This document shows, one piece after another, positions 48,619-57,198 of a stretch of 64,000 nucleotides of DNA. A program made the translations under genes and the position numbers. The notes beneath the pieces are model-generated. The model did no database searches and had not been told where the DNA came from. It worked only from the letters and a program-made list of their open reading frames with translations. This stretch comes from a virus: IMG/VR virus record IMGVR_UViG_3300035698_014365, positions 12,710 through 76,709 of that record. The stretch is one strand, 5' to 3'. Each line of letters begins with the position of its first letter. Positions within the stretch are counted from its first letter, which is position 1.

Positions 48619-49740
48619 CTATTCCACCTCCATGTATGCCTGAATAAATTCAGCCGCTACTTGCGGAACGATTGCATTGCCGTAACCCCGCAGCAGGCCC
48701 ACTCTTCCGGGTAGCCCATCAACCAGCGGGGCAAGTCCGGGTTTAATTGGCCGCGCTTTCCCGTCCGCACAGGGGATGTAGATGCAGTCTGCCCAAGCAC
48801 AGTGGCGGCCGCCTGGAGGTCTCCCCCGCCGCTCTGCGTCCGGCCCAGCTCCTGCTTGCGTTCTGCACTCTCCGCTCCCCCCGTTATCGCTCTGGGTGTC
48901 GGCCATCCCGCTACCGCTGCTTGTCTGGGAAGCTGATCCACCCTCGCTCTCTTCGACCCGTCCGGGTTCACCCCCTCCTGACTCATTCCCGAGGTGTCCT
49001 TCCAGTCCCTGCTTGAGGGCGTCACCCACCCCGTCGCCAGGTGTATTTGATCCCTCAGTTTGTACCGGCCCTGGGCGTCCGGGCGTATCTCCATTACTCC
49101 GCCTTCGCCGTCCGTGTGGTTTGGGGTTCTCCACCCCGCCTGCTGCCCCATGTACTCCAGATCCCCCATCGTCACCCGGTTCGCAAATGACGAGTTCTGA
49201 TCTTTCCGGTTCGCCGTACCCTGCCGTTTGACATTTGCCTTGACCGTCGGCCACCCACCAGAGCCTTTGTCTGATGTGCGGAGTCCCGAGGCCCGCAGCG
49301 CACAGATCGGCACCCCCGAATCCATATCCCAATGCTTCCATTTCAGAGCGTACTCCGGTGAGCCATAGCCTGCCAGCCTTGCTCGCAACCTGCTCTCCAA
49401 ACACGACTGCAGGGTTTCCTTCGCTGATAATTCGTCGGAAATCAGGCCACAGGTGTCTGGGGTCGTCGGTTCCACCACCCTTTCCCGCTGCGCTGAAGGG
49501 CTGACAGGGACAGCTCCCGGTCCAAACAGGTCGGTCTGCTGGCCATCCTGCGAGCCGCAACGCAAGGGCCCATCCCCCGATTCCGGCAAAGAAGTGGCAC
49601 TGCCTGTATTTCCCGAGTTCCCCACCATCCACCTCCTTTATACTCCGGCAGTCCACATACCCCCACGGCAAATGGCCGGCCTTAATCAACTCTCGCAACC
49701 ACTGACACGATTTCGGGTCATTGTCGTTGTAATAAACCAT
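48619..49740 (-). CDS. C5 cytosine DNA methyltransferase, alpha polypeptide
   Basis: Motif I FFAGIGG, IV GSCPCQPFS, VI GEQV, VIII PHIRQR, X YGNAIVP; motif IX absent. Confidence 0.9.
   Translation of the reverse strand: MVYYNDNDPKSCQWLRELIKAGHLPWGYVDCRSIKEVDGGELGKYRQCHFFAGIGGWALALRLAGWPADRPVWTGSCPCQPFSAAGKGGGTDDPRHLWPDFRRIISEGNPAVVFGEQVASKAGRLWLTGVRSEMEALGYGFGGADLCAAGLGTPHIRQRLWWVADGQGKCQTAGYGEPERSELVICEPGDDGGSGVHGAAGGVENPKPHGRRRRSNGDTPGRPGPVQTEGSNTPGDGVGDALKQGLEGHLGNESGGGEPGRVEESEGGSASQTSSGSGMADTQSDNGGSGECRTQAGAGPDAERRGRPPGGRHCAWADCIYIPCADGKARPIKPGLAPLVDGLPGRVGLLRGYGNAIVPQVAAEFIQAYMEVE
48657..49628 (-). CDS. C5 DNA methyltransferase beta polypeptide nested in an alternative frame (M.EcoHK31I-type)
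   Basis: 323-aa open frame inside the alpha gene, ending in motif IX-like GQLNPDLPRWLMGYP; start uncertain. Confidence 0.75.
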   Translation of the reverse strand: MVGNSGNTGSATSLPESGDGPLRCGSQDGQQTDLFGPGAVPVSPSAQRERVVEPTTPDTCGLISDELSAKETLQSCLESRLRARLAGYGSPEYALKWKHWDMDSGVPICALRASGLRTSDKGSGGWPTVKANVKRQGTANRKDQNSSFANRVTMGDLEYMGQQAGWRTPNHTDGEGGVMEIRPDAQGRYKLRDQIHLATGWVTPSSRDWKDTSGMSQEGVNPDGSKRARVDQLPRQAAVAGWPTPRAITGGAESAERKQELGRTQSGGGDLQAAATVLGQTASTSPVRTGKRGQLNPDLPRWLMGYPEEWACCGVTAMQSFRK

Positions 49741-49793
49741 CCCACCCCTTCAGGGTTATTTTCGCCACAAATGGTTTTCGGCCCCCCAGAGCA

Positions 49794-49836
49794 AAGATAC
49801 TGTTCTGACCGCCAAAAGTCAATAGTGAATATTCAC
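49794..49836 (-). promoter_or_regulatory. Promoter for the MTase/terL operon with an adjacent palindromic operator
   Basis: TTGACT-17 nt-TATCTT; perfect palindrome GTGAATATTCAC at 49825-49836. Confidence 0.6.
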
Positions 49837-49876
49837 ACGGGTAATTAAAAAGCGACCTTGAATACATGGACAGGTG

Positions 49877-49912
49877 GATTTAATGGGAGATTTAATGGGA
49901 GGCACAATGGGA
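49877..49912 (+). repeat. 12-nt tandem repeat, 3 copies
   Basis: GATTTAATGGGA, GATTTAATGGGA, GGCACAATGGGA. Confidence 0.75.
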
Positions 49913-50115
49913 GGGGAGTTGCGACGGTCAAAAGTCGTTCGTGGAAATACACAGCAGTGGGGAGGAGGTGATATATATAAATCTCAAGCACGGGGATCGT
50001 ATATGGGGGAGACCCCCCCCCCCACCCCTTTGGATCTGTGTGTGCCAGTGTGCGCAGAACAGGCCCTACTATACATATTAAACATTATGCGACACGCAAC
50101 AGGCCCGTATGCACT

Positions 50116-50712
50116 CTATTCATCACTCGCTTGTGCTTTCGACACGTCCGTGATGTCTGCACCCACATCCCTCGCAATTCTTCGCGCCTCCTGGTTAGCA
50201 CTGAATGCCTGCCTCCGTGCCTCGCCAGGCTGTAGGCCTATGTTAACGTCTACGGTGCTGTGTTCACCGAATAGCTGAGGGTTCCACTTGGCAGCACGCC
50301 ACTGTGCACCCCTGTCTATCACGCTCCATATGCGGCTCTTAAGGTCTATCTTGCGCATATTGCCCACATCCTGTGGGGATACCTCATCTGCCTCCATGGC
50401 TATATTTCGCTGTTTCTCTTTTACGGCCTGAACCTGTGCGATGCTGCGAACGGCCATTGCGCGCTTGTATGGCGCAAGCATTCCGGTTAACCCACTTAGC
50501 CACAAATAGAACCCCTGGCGCGATATTCCATGTTTCTTGCATATCTCAGATACTGTTAAATCCGTGTTCGCTGCAATCTCTCTGAGGATGCTCTTTGCAA
50601 GGGAGGGGGAATATATTTGGTAGGGGTGCCCGCCATGGTTTTTCTTTGGTGGGATAGCTGGCACGTCGTCGAAGCTATCAACTGGCTGTGTGTTGTCTTG
50701 TAGTTGTTCCAT
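50116..50712 (-). CDS. terS: Terminase small subunit (Sf6-like HTH)
   Basis: YSPSLAKSIL..IA...V.EICK..GISRQ.FY.WL...Y.RA...W.AAKWNP..FGE. Confidence 0.75.
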   Translation of the reverse strand: MEQLQDNTQPVDSFDDVPAIPPKKNHGGHPYQIYSPSLAKSILREIAANTDLTVSEICKKHGISRQGFYLWLSGLTGMLAPYKRAMAVRSIAQVQAVKEKQRNIAMEADEVSPQDVGNMRKIDLKSRIWSVIDRGAQWRAAKWNPQLFGEHSTVDVNIGLQPGEARRQAFSANQEARRIARDVGADITDVSKAQASDE

Positions 50713-50719
50713 AGAGAAC

Positions 50720-50751
50720 AAGATATGGCATGGGGGTATTGACTGTCAATA
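50720..50751 (-). promoter_or_regulatory. terS promoter overlapping a 15-bp palindrome
   Basis: TATTGAC-T-GTCAATA at 50737-50751; minus strand TTGACA-18 nt-TATCTT. Confidence 0.6.
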
Positions 50752-51013
50752 GAAAGAGTAAGGGAAGGAGAGAGGCGTTTAGGTAGGTACTAGGTAAAGG
50801 TTAGTTCTATATATAGCTTTATAGGTGGCTGTGGGATGGGATACGCGGTGTATCATTTCCATACGTACTATATGGTGGGTTCTGTGGGGATTTATTATTT
50901 GTTGGGGCACAAGATATAGAATGTGCGTTTTGTTGTTGGTACTTCGTTCTAGTTGGGGTAGATTGTTGATATCAGAACGATATCAGGCACCACTTATAAA
51001 GGAAGGGAAACAC

Positions 51014-51289
51014 ATGACACGCAAAGATTACACAGAGTACCAGGAAGCGGTCGCGGCATTCTTCGCCAACGAGGGAATAAGCAACCTGTCCGCAACCGAC
51101 GCAGAGTCCAGCTTTTCCTGGCGCCAGTGTGAATGTTGCGGCAGTACCTTGGGCGGCGATCGTTATGAATGCACAGGATATCACTCAACGTCCGGCGACG
51201 TGTTCGAGTACGAAGTATGCTCAGATTGCGTGTACTACGCCGAATATGGCCAGCTCGACGATATGACAATGATGGACATGGGCAACTAG
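51014..51289 (+). CDS. Early acidic zinc-finger-like protein
   Basis: 91 aa; FSWRQCECCGS.LGGDR...CSDC; GGAAGG RBS. Confidence 0.65.
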   Translation: MTRKDYTEYQEAVAAFFANEGISNLSATDAESSFSWRQCECCGSTLGGDRYECTGYHSTSGDVFEYEVCSDCVYYAEYGQLDDMTMMDMGN

Positions 51290-51317
51290 TAACACCACCA
51301 CAACGAAAGGTCACAAT

Positions 51318-51473
51318 ATGAGCGCCGACGAATTGAAAGGGTACATGGCAGCACAACGCGACATGATTGCAGAAGCGCATGATGCGAATGCTCCACACAT
51401 GGACCTTGATTTGTACGCCATTCTCTGGATTGAAGCCAATTCGGCCACATTTCGCACTGCATGGGAAGGGTAA
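51318..51473 (+). CDS. Small early protein (51 aa)
   Basis: Read by hand; follows a repeat-motif RBS. Confidence 0.5.
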   Translation: MSADELKGYMAAQRDMIAEAHDANAPHMDLDLYAILWIEANSATFRTAWEG

Positions 51474-51809
51474 GATATGGCACGGATAGAAATAGTAGTC
51501 GCGACTCCACAGGGGATTGCCAAACACACCACCGGCATTATGGCGACAGTAGCAACCGCAGAGCTCGAACAGTACGGTGAATATCTGTGCACGTGGAAGG
51601 GTAAGAAATACCGCTTCGTGCTCAAGGCGACAGTATGAAAACCAAAGAATACACGCCGTGCCCCAAATGCGGCAAGGCACTACACACCAGCGAGATCGGC
51701 CCCGATGGGGAAGCGTATCTATGCAGAGAGTGCGCACAAGGGCCCACCTGGGACGATTACCGCAGAGGGCGCGACTGCGAATAGCCACACCACAACGAAG
51801 GGTAATACA

Positions 51810-52139
51810 ATGCAGGAATTAACCGTGCACGGCACCACATGCTACCTTCCCGAACAGGTACAGGAAGCGAGAACACGCGCAGAAACAGATATCGGCCTAA
51901 ATGCTCTCCGTTGCGCCACACGGATCGGTTATGCATGGCCGGGGGGTTATGAGATTGCTGGCATTATGAGCGATGGGGAGTTGGTTTGCGGCGACTGCCT
52001 CAAAAAGGAATACCGCGCAGTATATGCCAGCACACGCGACAAAGACCGCGACGGGTGGCAAGTAGTCAGCACAGCTATAATTGGCATGGACTGCGAAGAT
52101 GTTGGACTGTGTGCACACTGTAATAAATCGTTCAAATAG
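51810..52139 (+). CDS. Early hypothetical protein with CxxC pairs
   Basis: YAWPGGY...DG..VC.DC...CAHC. Confidence 0.65.
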   Translation: MQELTVHGTTCYLPEQVQEARTRAETDIGLNALRCATRIGYAWPGGYEIAGIMSDGELVCGDCLKKEYRAVYASTRDKDRDGWQVVSTAIIGMDCEDVGLCAHCNKSFK

Positions 52140-52168
52140 ACCAAACACCACAACAGAAAGGCAACGCC

Positions 52169-52465
52169 ATGATACAGTCAATAGGGTTCTGCCAGTTCAC
52201 TGATTCCTTCCGCGACATGGGACGCAAGGATCAATTCTCGTACCAGGGCCTCCGAGCACTCTTCGATTACCTCGTGGAGTACGAAGAGTCAACCGGCACG
52301 CCTGTCGAGCTCGACGTGATTGCCCTCTGTTGTGAGTATTGCGAATTCGACGATCTCGCAGAGGTACAGGAATCCTACACCGATATCGAATCGCTGGAAG
52401 ATTTGCAGGACCACACAACCGTAATTGAGTGCGACAACGGCCACATTATCATTCAGAGCTACTGA
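52169..52465 (+). CDS. Acidic conserved phage early protein
   Basis: 98 aa; QFSY.GL.ALFDYL..YEE.TG...ELDVIALCCEY. Confidence 0.7.
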   Translation: MIQSIGFCQFTDSFRDMGRKDQFSYQGLRALFDYLVEYEESTGTPVELDVIALCCEYCEFDDLAEVQESYTDIESLEDLQDHTTVIECDNGHIIIQSY

Positions 52466-52475
52466 GGGGAATAAC

Positions 52476-52778
52476 ATGACACCGAACAAAGTGATTTTCC
52501 GCAAGTATCCTGACGGGGATATCATTGCAATACTCCCCGAGATTCACGGCACCGCCGATCCGTATACCTGCACGTCATACATGCACATTGGACAGCACGG
52601 ATCTTGCGACCCTGGCCACGTTGTCAACACGACCACACCGGCAACAGACGAGGAAGCCAAACCGCTCAGAAAAGAGCTCGCGGGAATCGGATACGCACCA
52701 TTCGTGATATACAAGCGGCTACAGTACCACATGCACTACGCAAGATTGCGCGAATTGAACAAGGGAGAAACGATATGA
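52476..52778 (+). CDS. Conserved hypothetical protein
   Basis: VIFRK...SYMHIGQH...PAT.EE..PL..EL..IGY. Confidence 0.7.
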   Translation: MTPNKVIFRKYPDGDIIAILPEIHGTADPYTCTSYMHIGQHGSCDPGHVVNTTTPATDEEAKPLRKELAGIGYAPFVIYKRLQYHMHYARLRELNKGETI

Positions 52779-52978
52779 AAATGTATAGATCGTCAGACGT
52801 TGCCATGATGCGAGTGGTCGCACTCGACGAGGGATACAGGGACGGGAAATCCGAGCGTGACGCACTTGTGGAAGCTCTGAATGGTGTAAAACGCTGCCTT
52901 GACGGGCGATTCGGCCCAATCGAATGCCAGAAGGCGTACGAAATTGCCGCGGCAGCACTCAAGAAAGCAGGGGAATAA
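52775..52978 (+). CDS. Hypothetical protein
   Basis: ATGA-coupled ORF ending ...ALVEAL...AAAALKKAGE. Confidence 0.5.
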   Translation: MKMYRSSDVAMMRVVALDEGYRDGKSERDALVEALNGVKRCLDGRFGPIECQKAYEIAAAALKKAGE

Positions 52979-53212
52979 TGCACCCAATATCCTTCCGCCT
53001 TGACATTCTGCCGGCAGTCAATCAGTACCACGCCGATCACCCCGATCTCCCTTACTCCGAGTGCGTGTATCGTGTCCTGCAACACCTGACAGAGAAGGCG
53101 GGCGAAGAGTAGGGTGTACCATTCGGATACATACTACATCTTGGGGTTTGCACTGATAGCATTTTGATATAGATTTGATACTAACACACCACACCACAGA
53201 AAGGTGACACCC

Positions 53213-53854
53213 ATGCCGGAATCAAAGACAATCCTCATTTACAAGCTGGAAGAGCTCGAAGGTGCACCGCGAGAGCATGCGCTCGGGCAGCTGGCCGAAA
53301 TGGAAACGATGCACGAATGGTGGGAGAATGTATATGATTCCTTCCAAGGCATGTGCGACTCCGTTGGTATCTCCGTTGACCTGAAGAATACGTTTTTCAA
53401 TGGCTTCTCGGTTCAGGGACAGGGCGCAGCGTTCACTGCCAGCATTGACGTGGCGAAGCTGATCGGGGTATCTGACAGCGATTTGAGTGAGGAAATAGCC
53501 ACTACTTTCCCGCGTATCGACCTGTCTGGTATCGACACGCCGGTACTGGTGGCAATCGAAGAGGGCACAATCCAGTTTTATGCCAGCACGGCACCCGCAG
53601 GATTCCGCAATACCGATCAGAAAACAGAGGGAGAGTGGCATTTCGATTTGCCATATTGCCCGAGGGATGCGACCACGACAGAGGGTATACTCGGGTCATT
53701 GGACGCGCTCATTGGTGAATATATGACAGAGCTCGGGAACTGGCTCTTCACATGCTTGCGCGACGAATACGAATACATCACGGGCGAAGAGTGCTTGAGT
53801 GAGATGGCAGAGGCTAATGAGTATCGTTTTCTTGAGAATGGGGAAACAGCATGA
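53213..53854 (+). CDS. Acidic conserved phage/plasmid protein
   Basis: FNGFSVQGQGAAF and LRDEYEYIT......EANEYRF.ENG motifs. Confidence 0.7.
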   Translation: MPESKTILIYKLEELEGAPREHALGQLAEMETMHEWWENVYDSFQGMCDSVGISVDLKNTFFNGFSVQGQGAAFTASIDVAKLIGVSDSDLSEEIATTFPRIDLSGIDTPVLVAIEEGTIQFYASTAPAGFRNTDQKTEGEWHFDLPYCPRDATTTEGILGSLDALIGEYMTELGNWLFTCLRDEYEYITGEECLSEMAEANEYRFLENGETA

Positions 53855-54162
53855 ATACAAAGACATTTAACGCCGCAGTTGCCAAAATCATGGACCCGAT
53901 CAGTGTAGGGCCAGGGAAGCACAATTACAAGTGGGAAGTCTATACATCCTCTGGCCCTCTGAGTGTGACCGTGCACACCGACAAAAGCCGCGTATTCTCT
54001 GTGTTCTGCCGATTTGACAACGCGAAACTCGCCAGCAGGGCAACAGATTGCAATCCGTTCAGTGGCAAGTGGAATATTCACACTTGGGACGCAGAGGGTG
54101 CGCTTGATCTGCTTAAATTCCGGATGGAAGGCTGGTGCCGGGAGAGGGTGTGTGCCATATGA
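53851..54162 (+). CDS. Hypothetical protein
   Basis: 103 aa; FCRFD...NPFSGKWNIH. Confidence 0.6.
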   Translation: MNTKTFNAAVAKIMDPISVGPGKHNYKWEVYTSSGPLSVTVHTDKSRVFSVFCRFDNAKLASRATDCNPFSGKWNIHTWDAEGALDLLKFRMEGWCRERVCAI

Positions 54163-54508
54163 AACTCGCCCTTCTCGCCATCATACACGCCATTATCCTC
54201 TCGCTGCCCATGAACCCGTACGAAGAGGTCCGCGCCTGGGCATACAACAATGGCAGCAGTATTCATATCTGGGACGCGCCCGATTCGCTGACAATACGGT
54301 ACGAGGTATGGTGCCAGGAGAATGGGCACGATGCCGTTTTATACCATTTCGAACAGTTGAGGGGAGAATGAACGCGAAAGAACGAGTGCGTGTGCACTCA
54401 CTGCTGCTTGTCGATCCACCCAACACGCCATCACCATACCGTCTGTATGAGCGGGCACTCAACACCGAAGTACAGCCAACATTCACTGGATGCCTAAAAG
54501 GAGCCAAC

Positions 54509-55045
54509 ATGACCACGAACGACGCCCTGCAGAAGTCGATAGAGCATCACGAGGAGAATTTGTCGAAACTCAAGCATGCACTGGCCATTATTAATGGGGT
54601 GGATATCACAGCCTCAACCTGCCCGCTCTGTGCTGCCCACAATAGCAGTGGTGATTGCGACGGGTGCCCTGTTCAGGCCGGTTCGAGTGGTGACGGGTGC
54701 AAGAATACGCCATACGAGAACCTGGCGACGGAGCTGGAGACGCTCGGCGAAGACCTCAATGACACAATCGAAGCCGAAGAGAAAGAAATCGCCTTCCTCA
54801 AGTCACTGGTGAAGCCCGCGAGGAAGAAGATTGCCATTGGCCAGAGGTGGATTTGCGCAGGCAGCGAATACCTTCTCGCGTCCGTGGAAGACTTCAAGGT
54901 AGGGCTTGTGGACATTTCCGACGGATATCGGGGAGGCGCCACTGCTGGTGTCCACGATCTCAGAAATATCACCGATGACGAGTGGTACGAAATCACTGCC
55001 GGGGAACCCGATGAGTGGACCCGCGTAAACGATTCCAAGAAATAG
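54509..55045 (+). CDS. Cys-rich hypothetical protein (paralog of 56261-56557 plus an extra domain)
   Basis: AAGGAG RBS; CPLC..C.GCP..C.NTPY. Confidence 0.65.
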   Translation: MTTNDALQKSIEHHEENLSKLKHALAIINGVDITASTCPLCAAHNSSGDCDGCPVQAGSSGDGCKNTPYENLATELETLGEDLNDTIEAEEKEIAFLKSLVKPARKKIAIGQRWICAGSEYLLASVEDFKVGLVDISDGYRGGATAGVHDLRNITDDEWYEITAGEPDEWTRVNDSKK

Positions 55046-55125
55046 GGGGCGGATCGTGGTGGTCCGTGAATGCTGTCGGCTTTCACCTTTCGGCCGGCAG
55101 CAATCCCCGCTCATAAGGAGAAAAT

Positions 55126-55341
55126 ATGTTTTCAGTAGCACAGAAACGGGAAATTGCGGACAAGGTGCAGCGTGCATTGCGGGAGACCGGGCACGGAGAG
55201 TTGCCAGACGGAGAAGTGTCTTTCGAGTTGCACGTGGATGGCGCTGAGTCGTGGTCGTGGGCAGATATTCGCAATAATGGTGCCGTTGACAACCCCGGCG
55301 TGAACCCATGGAATGAAGATCAGGACAAGAGAGAAGCATGA
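55126..55341 (+). CDS. Hypothetical protein
   Basis: 71 aa; AAGGAG RBS. Confidence 0.6.
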   Translation: MFSVAQKREIADKVQRALRETGHGELPDGEVSFELHVDGAESWSWADIRNNGAVDNPGVNPWNEDQDKREA

Positions 55342-55583
55342 AGAGAGAAAGGCAACATGAAGCACCAAGCAACGCCACAGCAAAAACTTAGTCTTTGATG
55401 TTCAGCGGTATGCGGTTGAGGGTACAGCTATTCCGTGGCACCGCAAGGGCCGCATTGCTTCAACCTGGAAAAGAGCGTCCGATTAACCGGCAACATGATT
55501 GCACCGAAGTATCCACCACCCCGGGGCAGAACTTGAAACTGACACCCGGGTTCGCACTGACAATATATACCAAGGAGATTGAC

Positions 55584-55745
55584 ATGTCAACCAAAATGGT
55601 GGCGAAAGAGACAAAGATGTTCTCGACCAGGTTCCCGTTGGATTTGTGGAAGAGGGTGCGCGCGTACTGTGACCCTCGCGGTGTTAAGCTGCGCTGGTTT
55701 GTGGAGAGGGCCATCGAGGAGAAGCTGGCGAAGGAGAAGAAATGA
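55584..55745 (+). CDS. Ribbon-helix-helix (Arc/CopG-like) regulator
   Basis: FSTRFPLDLWKRVRAYC..RGVKL..FVERAI.EKL; AAGGAG RBS. Confidence 0.65.
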   Translation: MSTKMVAKETKMFSTRFPLDLWKRVRAYCDPRGVKLRWFVERAIEEKLAKEKK

Positions 55746-56113
55746 AAATGTATAGAGAGATTAAGGGTCGGCTGAGGAGCCCCCACAATGACGACGAAAT
55801 GGCCGAGGTTGTGATGTGGATGAACGTGGGGACATGGGATTCCTGTGCGCCAATTGCGCAATACATCCTTGAGTTGGAAGCCACCACCCGCATCGCCGCC
55901 GTAGAGGGGGCGGGGTGGATATCGGTTAAGGACAGGTTCCCCCCAGACGCCAACCCCGTGGTTGTCTATGGCGTGGGACATCAGGTAGCGTCTTTCGATG
56001 GAGAAGGGTGGTATTTGGGCGACGGCTACTACGACTTGACAGACGACGCTGACAAGGGTGAACTTCCAACACACTGGATGCCACTACCCGAGCCCCCAAA
56101 GGACTCACCATGA
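55742..56113 (+). CDS. DUF551-domain phage protein
   Basis: WISVKDRFP...THWMPLPEPP. Confidence 0.85.
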   Translation: MKMYREIKGRLRSPHNDDEMAEVVMWMNVGTWDSCAPIAQYILELEATTRIAAVEGAGWISVKDRFPPDANPVVVYGVGHQVASFDGEGWYLGDGYYDLTDDADKGELPTHWMPLPEPPKDSP

Positions 56114-56286
56114 CCGACAACACGACAGCATTCCTCCTGCGAATTGACCAGGAGACGAAGGACAAGCTGGTAATCAGGGCCGCGAAGAAGGAAAGGTCGC
56201 TGAATAACTACCTCTGTGCGTTGCTGCACGATCTCACAAAACTCGACGAGGAGGAAGAGGATGAAACTGACCAAGAGACAGCTTGA
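56110..56286 (+). CDS. Arc/HicB-like ribbon-helix-helix protein
   Basis: Read by hand: FLLRIDQETKDKL..RAAKKERSLNNYL..LL. Confidence 0.7.
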   Translation: MTDNTTAFLLRIDQETKDKLVIRAAKKERSLNNYLCALLHDLTKLDEEEEDETDQETA

Positions 56287-56557
56287 CGCGCTGCAGGAGT
56301 CTATCTACCACTGGTATGAGAACCTGTATCTGGCGCTGGCAGGGATGGAGATAAGCCGCTGCGGGCACGACTGTGCGCTATGTGTTGAGTTCTTTTACGA
56401 AGTGCCTACGGAGGACCAGTGTTGTAGTTGCCCTGTAAAGGAAGAAACCGGAGAGCTTTTTTGTGAGGCCACACCACACTCCAATACCTATGGCGGCATG
56501 GTTAGTGATGTGATAGCCGAAATCCACTTCCTCGAATCCCTGGACACGGGAGAATAG
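56261..56557 (+). CDS. Cys-rich hypothetical protein
   Basis: ALQESI.HW.EN...CALC...C.SCPV...C.ATP. Confidence 0.65.
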   Translation: MKLTKRQLDALQESIYHWYENLYLALAGMEISRCGHDCALCVEFFYEVPTEDQCCSCPVKEETGELFCEATPHSNTYGGMVSDVIAEIHFLESLDTGE

Positions 56558-56704
56558 CATGACCGGATGCGAAAAGCTAGAGGCCGCTGTCAGAGAGTTT
56601 GGTGTTGACGCTGCCCTTGAATACTTCGGCACGCCCAAAGATTTGTACCACCTCTGGGACGAGGAGCGCGCCCTAGAAAAGACAGAAAGGGAACAGGACG
56701 ACAA

Positions 56705-56917
56705 ATGACAACCTGCCGTAATTTCCTATGCTGGCACCATTCCACACTCGAGCCGTCCGGTTGCGTAGAGATCTGCGACCTCAAGATATGCACCAGGCGC
56801 AAGGCGTTCGAGAGAATTATGAGCGTGAGCGGGACTGAGAATGATAGCTACGAGGCCATATATGCCGCGCGCGGGTACAGGCTCACCAAGGAACTGGAGG
56901 AGGCAATGAAGAAATGA
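56705..56917 (+). CDS. Small Cys-rich hypothetical protein
   Basis: 70-aa coupled ORF. Confidence 0.5.
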   Translation: MTTCRNFLCWHHSTLEPSGCVEICDLKICTRRKAFERIMSVSGTENDSYEAIYAARGYRLTKELEEAMKK

Positions 56918-57198
56918 CTGACAAAACAGGAGGACCGGCGTTCCCGATAATGCGCGAAATGCACGACATGTACGAACAGGGCAATGTGGTAGGGCAATAC
57001 GTCGAAGGCGACAAGGGCATGTCGCTGCGTGATCATTTCGCGGGGCAGGCACTGGTGGGGCAACTCGTGGCTTGCGGAAGTAAGCACGGAGCGCAATCAC
57101 TTGCAAGGCTGCATGAGGAGACGGGCGACATCCATTCAGGGATAGCACGCGGCGCATACGAGTGGGCTGACGCCATGCTCAAGGAGCGGGCCAAATGA
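56914..57198 (+). CDS. Conserved phage protein (GGPAFP...GMSLRD.FA..A family)
   Basis: GGPAFP, GMSLRDHFAGQAL, AYEWADAML. Confidence 0.8.
   Translation: MTDKTGGPAFPIMREMHDMYEQGNVVGQYVEGDKGMSLRDHFAGQALVGQLVACGSKHGAQSLARLHEETGDIHSGIARGAYEWADAMLKERAK

Larger units (their letters stand above)
51296..53204 (+). repeat. Dispersed start-associated motif CACCACAAC(A)GAA(A/G)GG, 4 copies
   Basis: Copies at 51296, 51788, 52146 and 53187 (variant), each 7-8 nt before an ATG. Confidence 0.75.

Noticed and set aside
78-49848. Many long + strand ORFs opposite the late genes (e.g. 4332-5351, 8910-9848, 21608-22570, 42123-43058)
   Set aside because: Antisense shadows of GC-rich minus-strand genes; no motifs or RBS
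49874-50278. 134-aa + strand ORF
   Set aside because: Built from tandem repeats and a poly-C tract, and antisense to terS; likely spurious
53213-53854. Toxin-antitoxin antitoxin label sometimes attached to this family
   Set aside because: No adjacent toxin-like gene and no sequence support for that function
54014-54508. N-terminal half of the 343-aa ORF 54014-55045
   Set aside because: Overlaps other plausible genes; a good RBS and start lie at 54509
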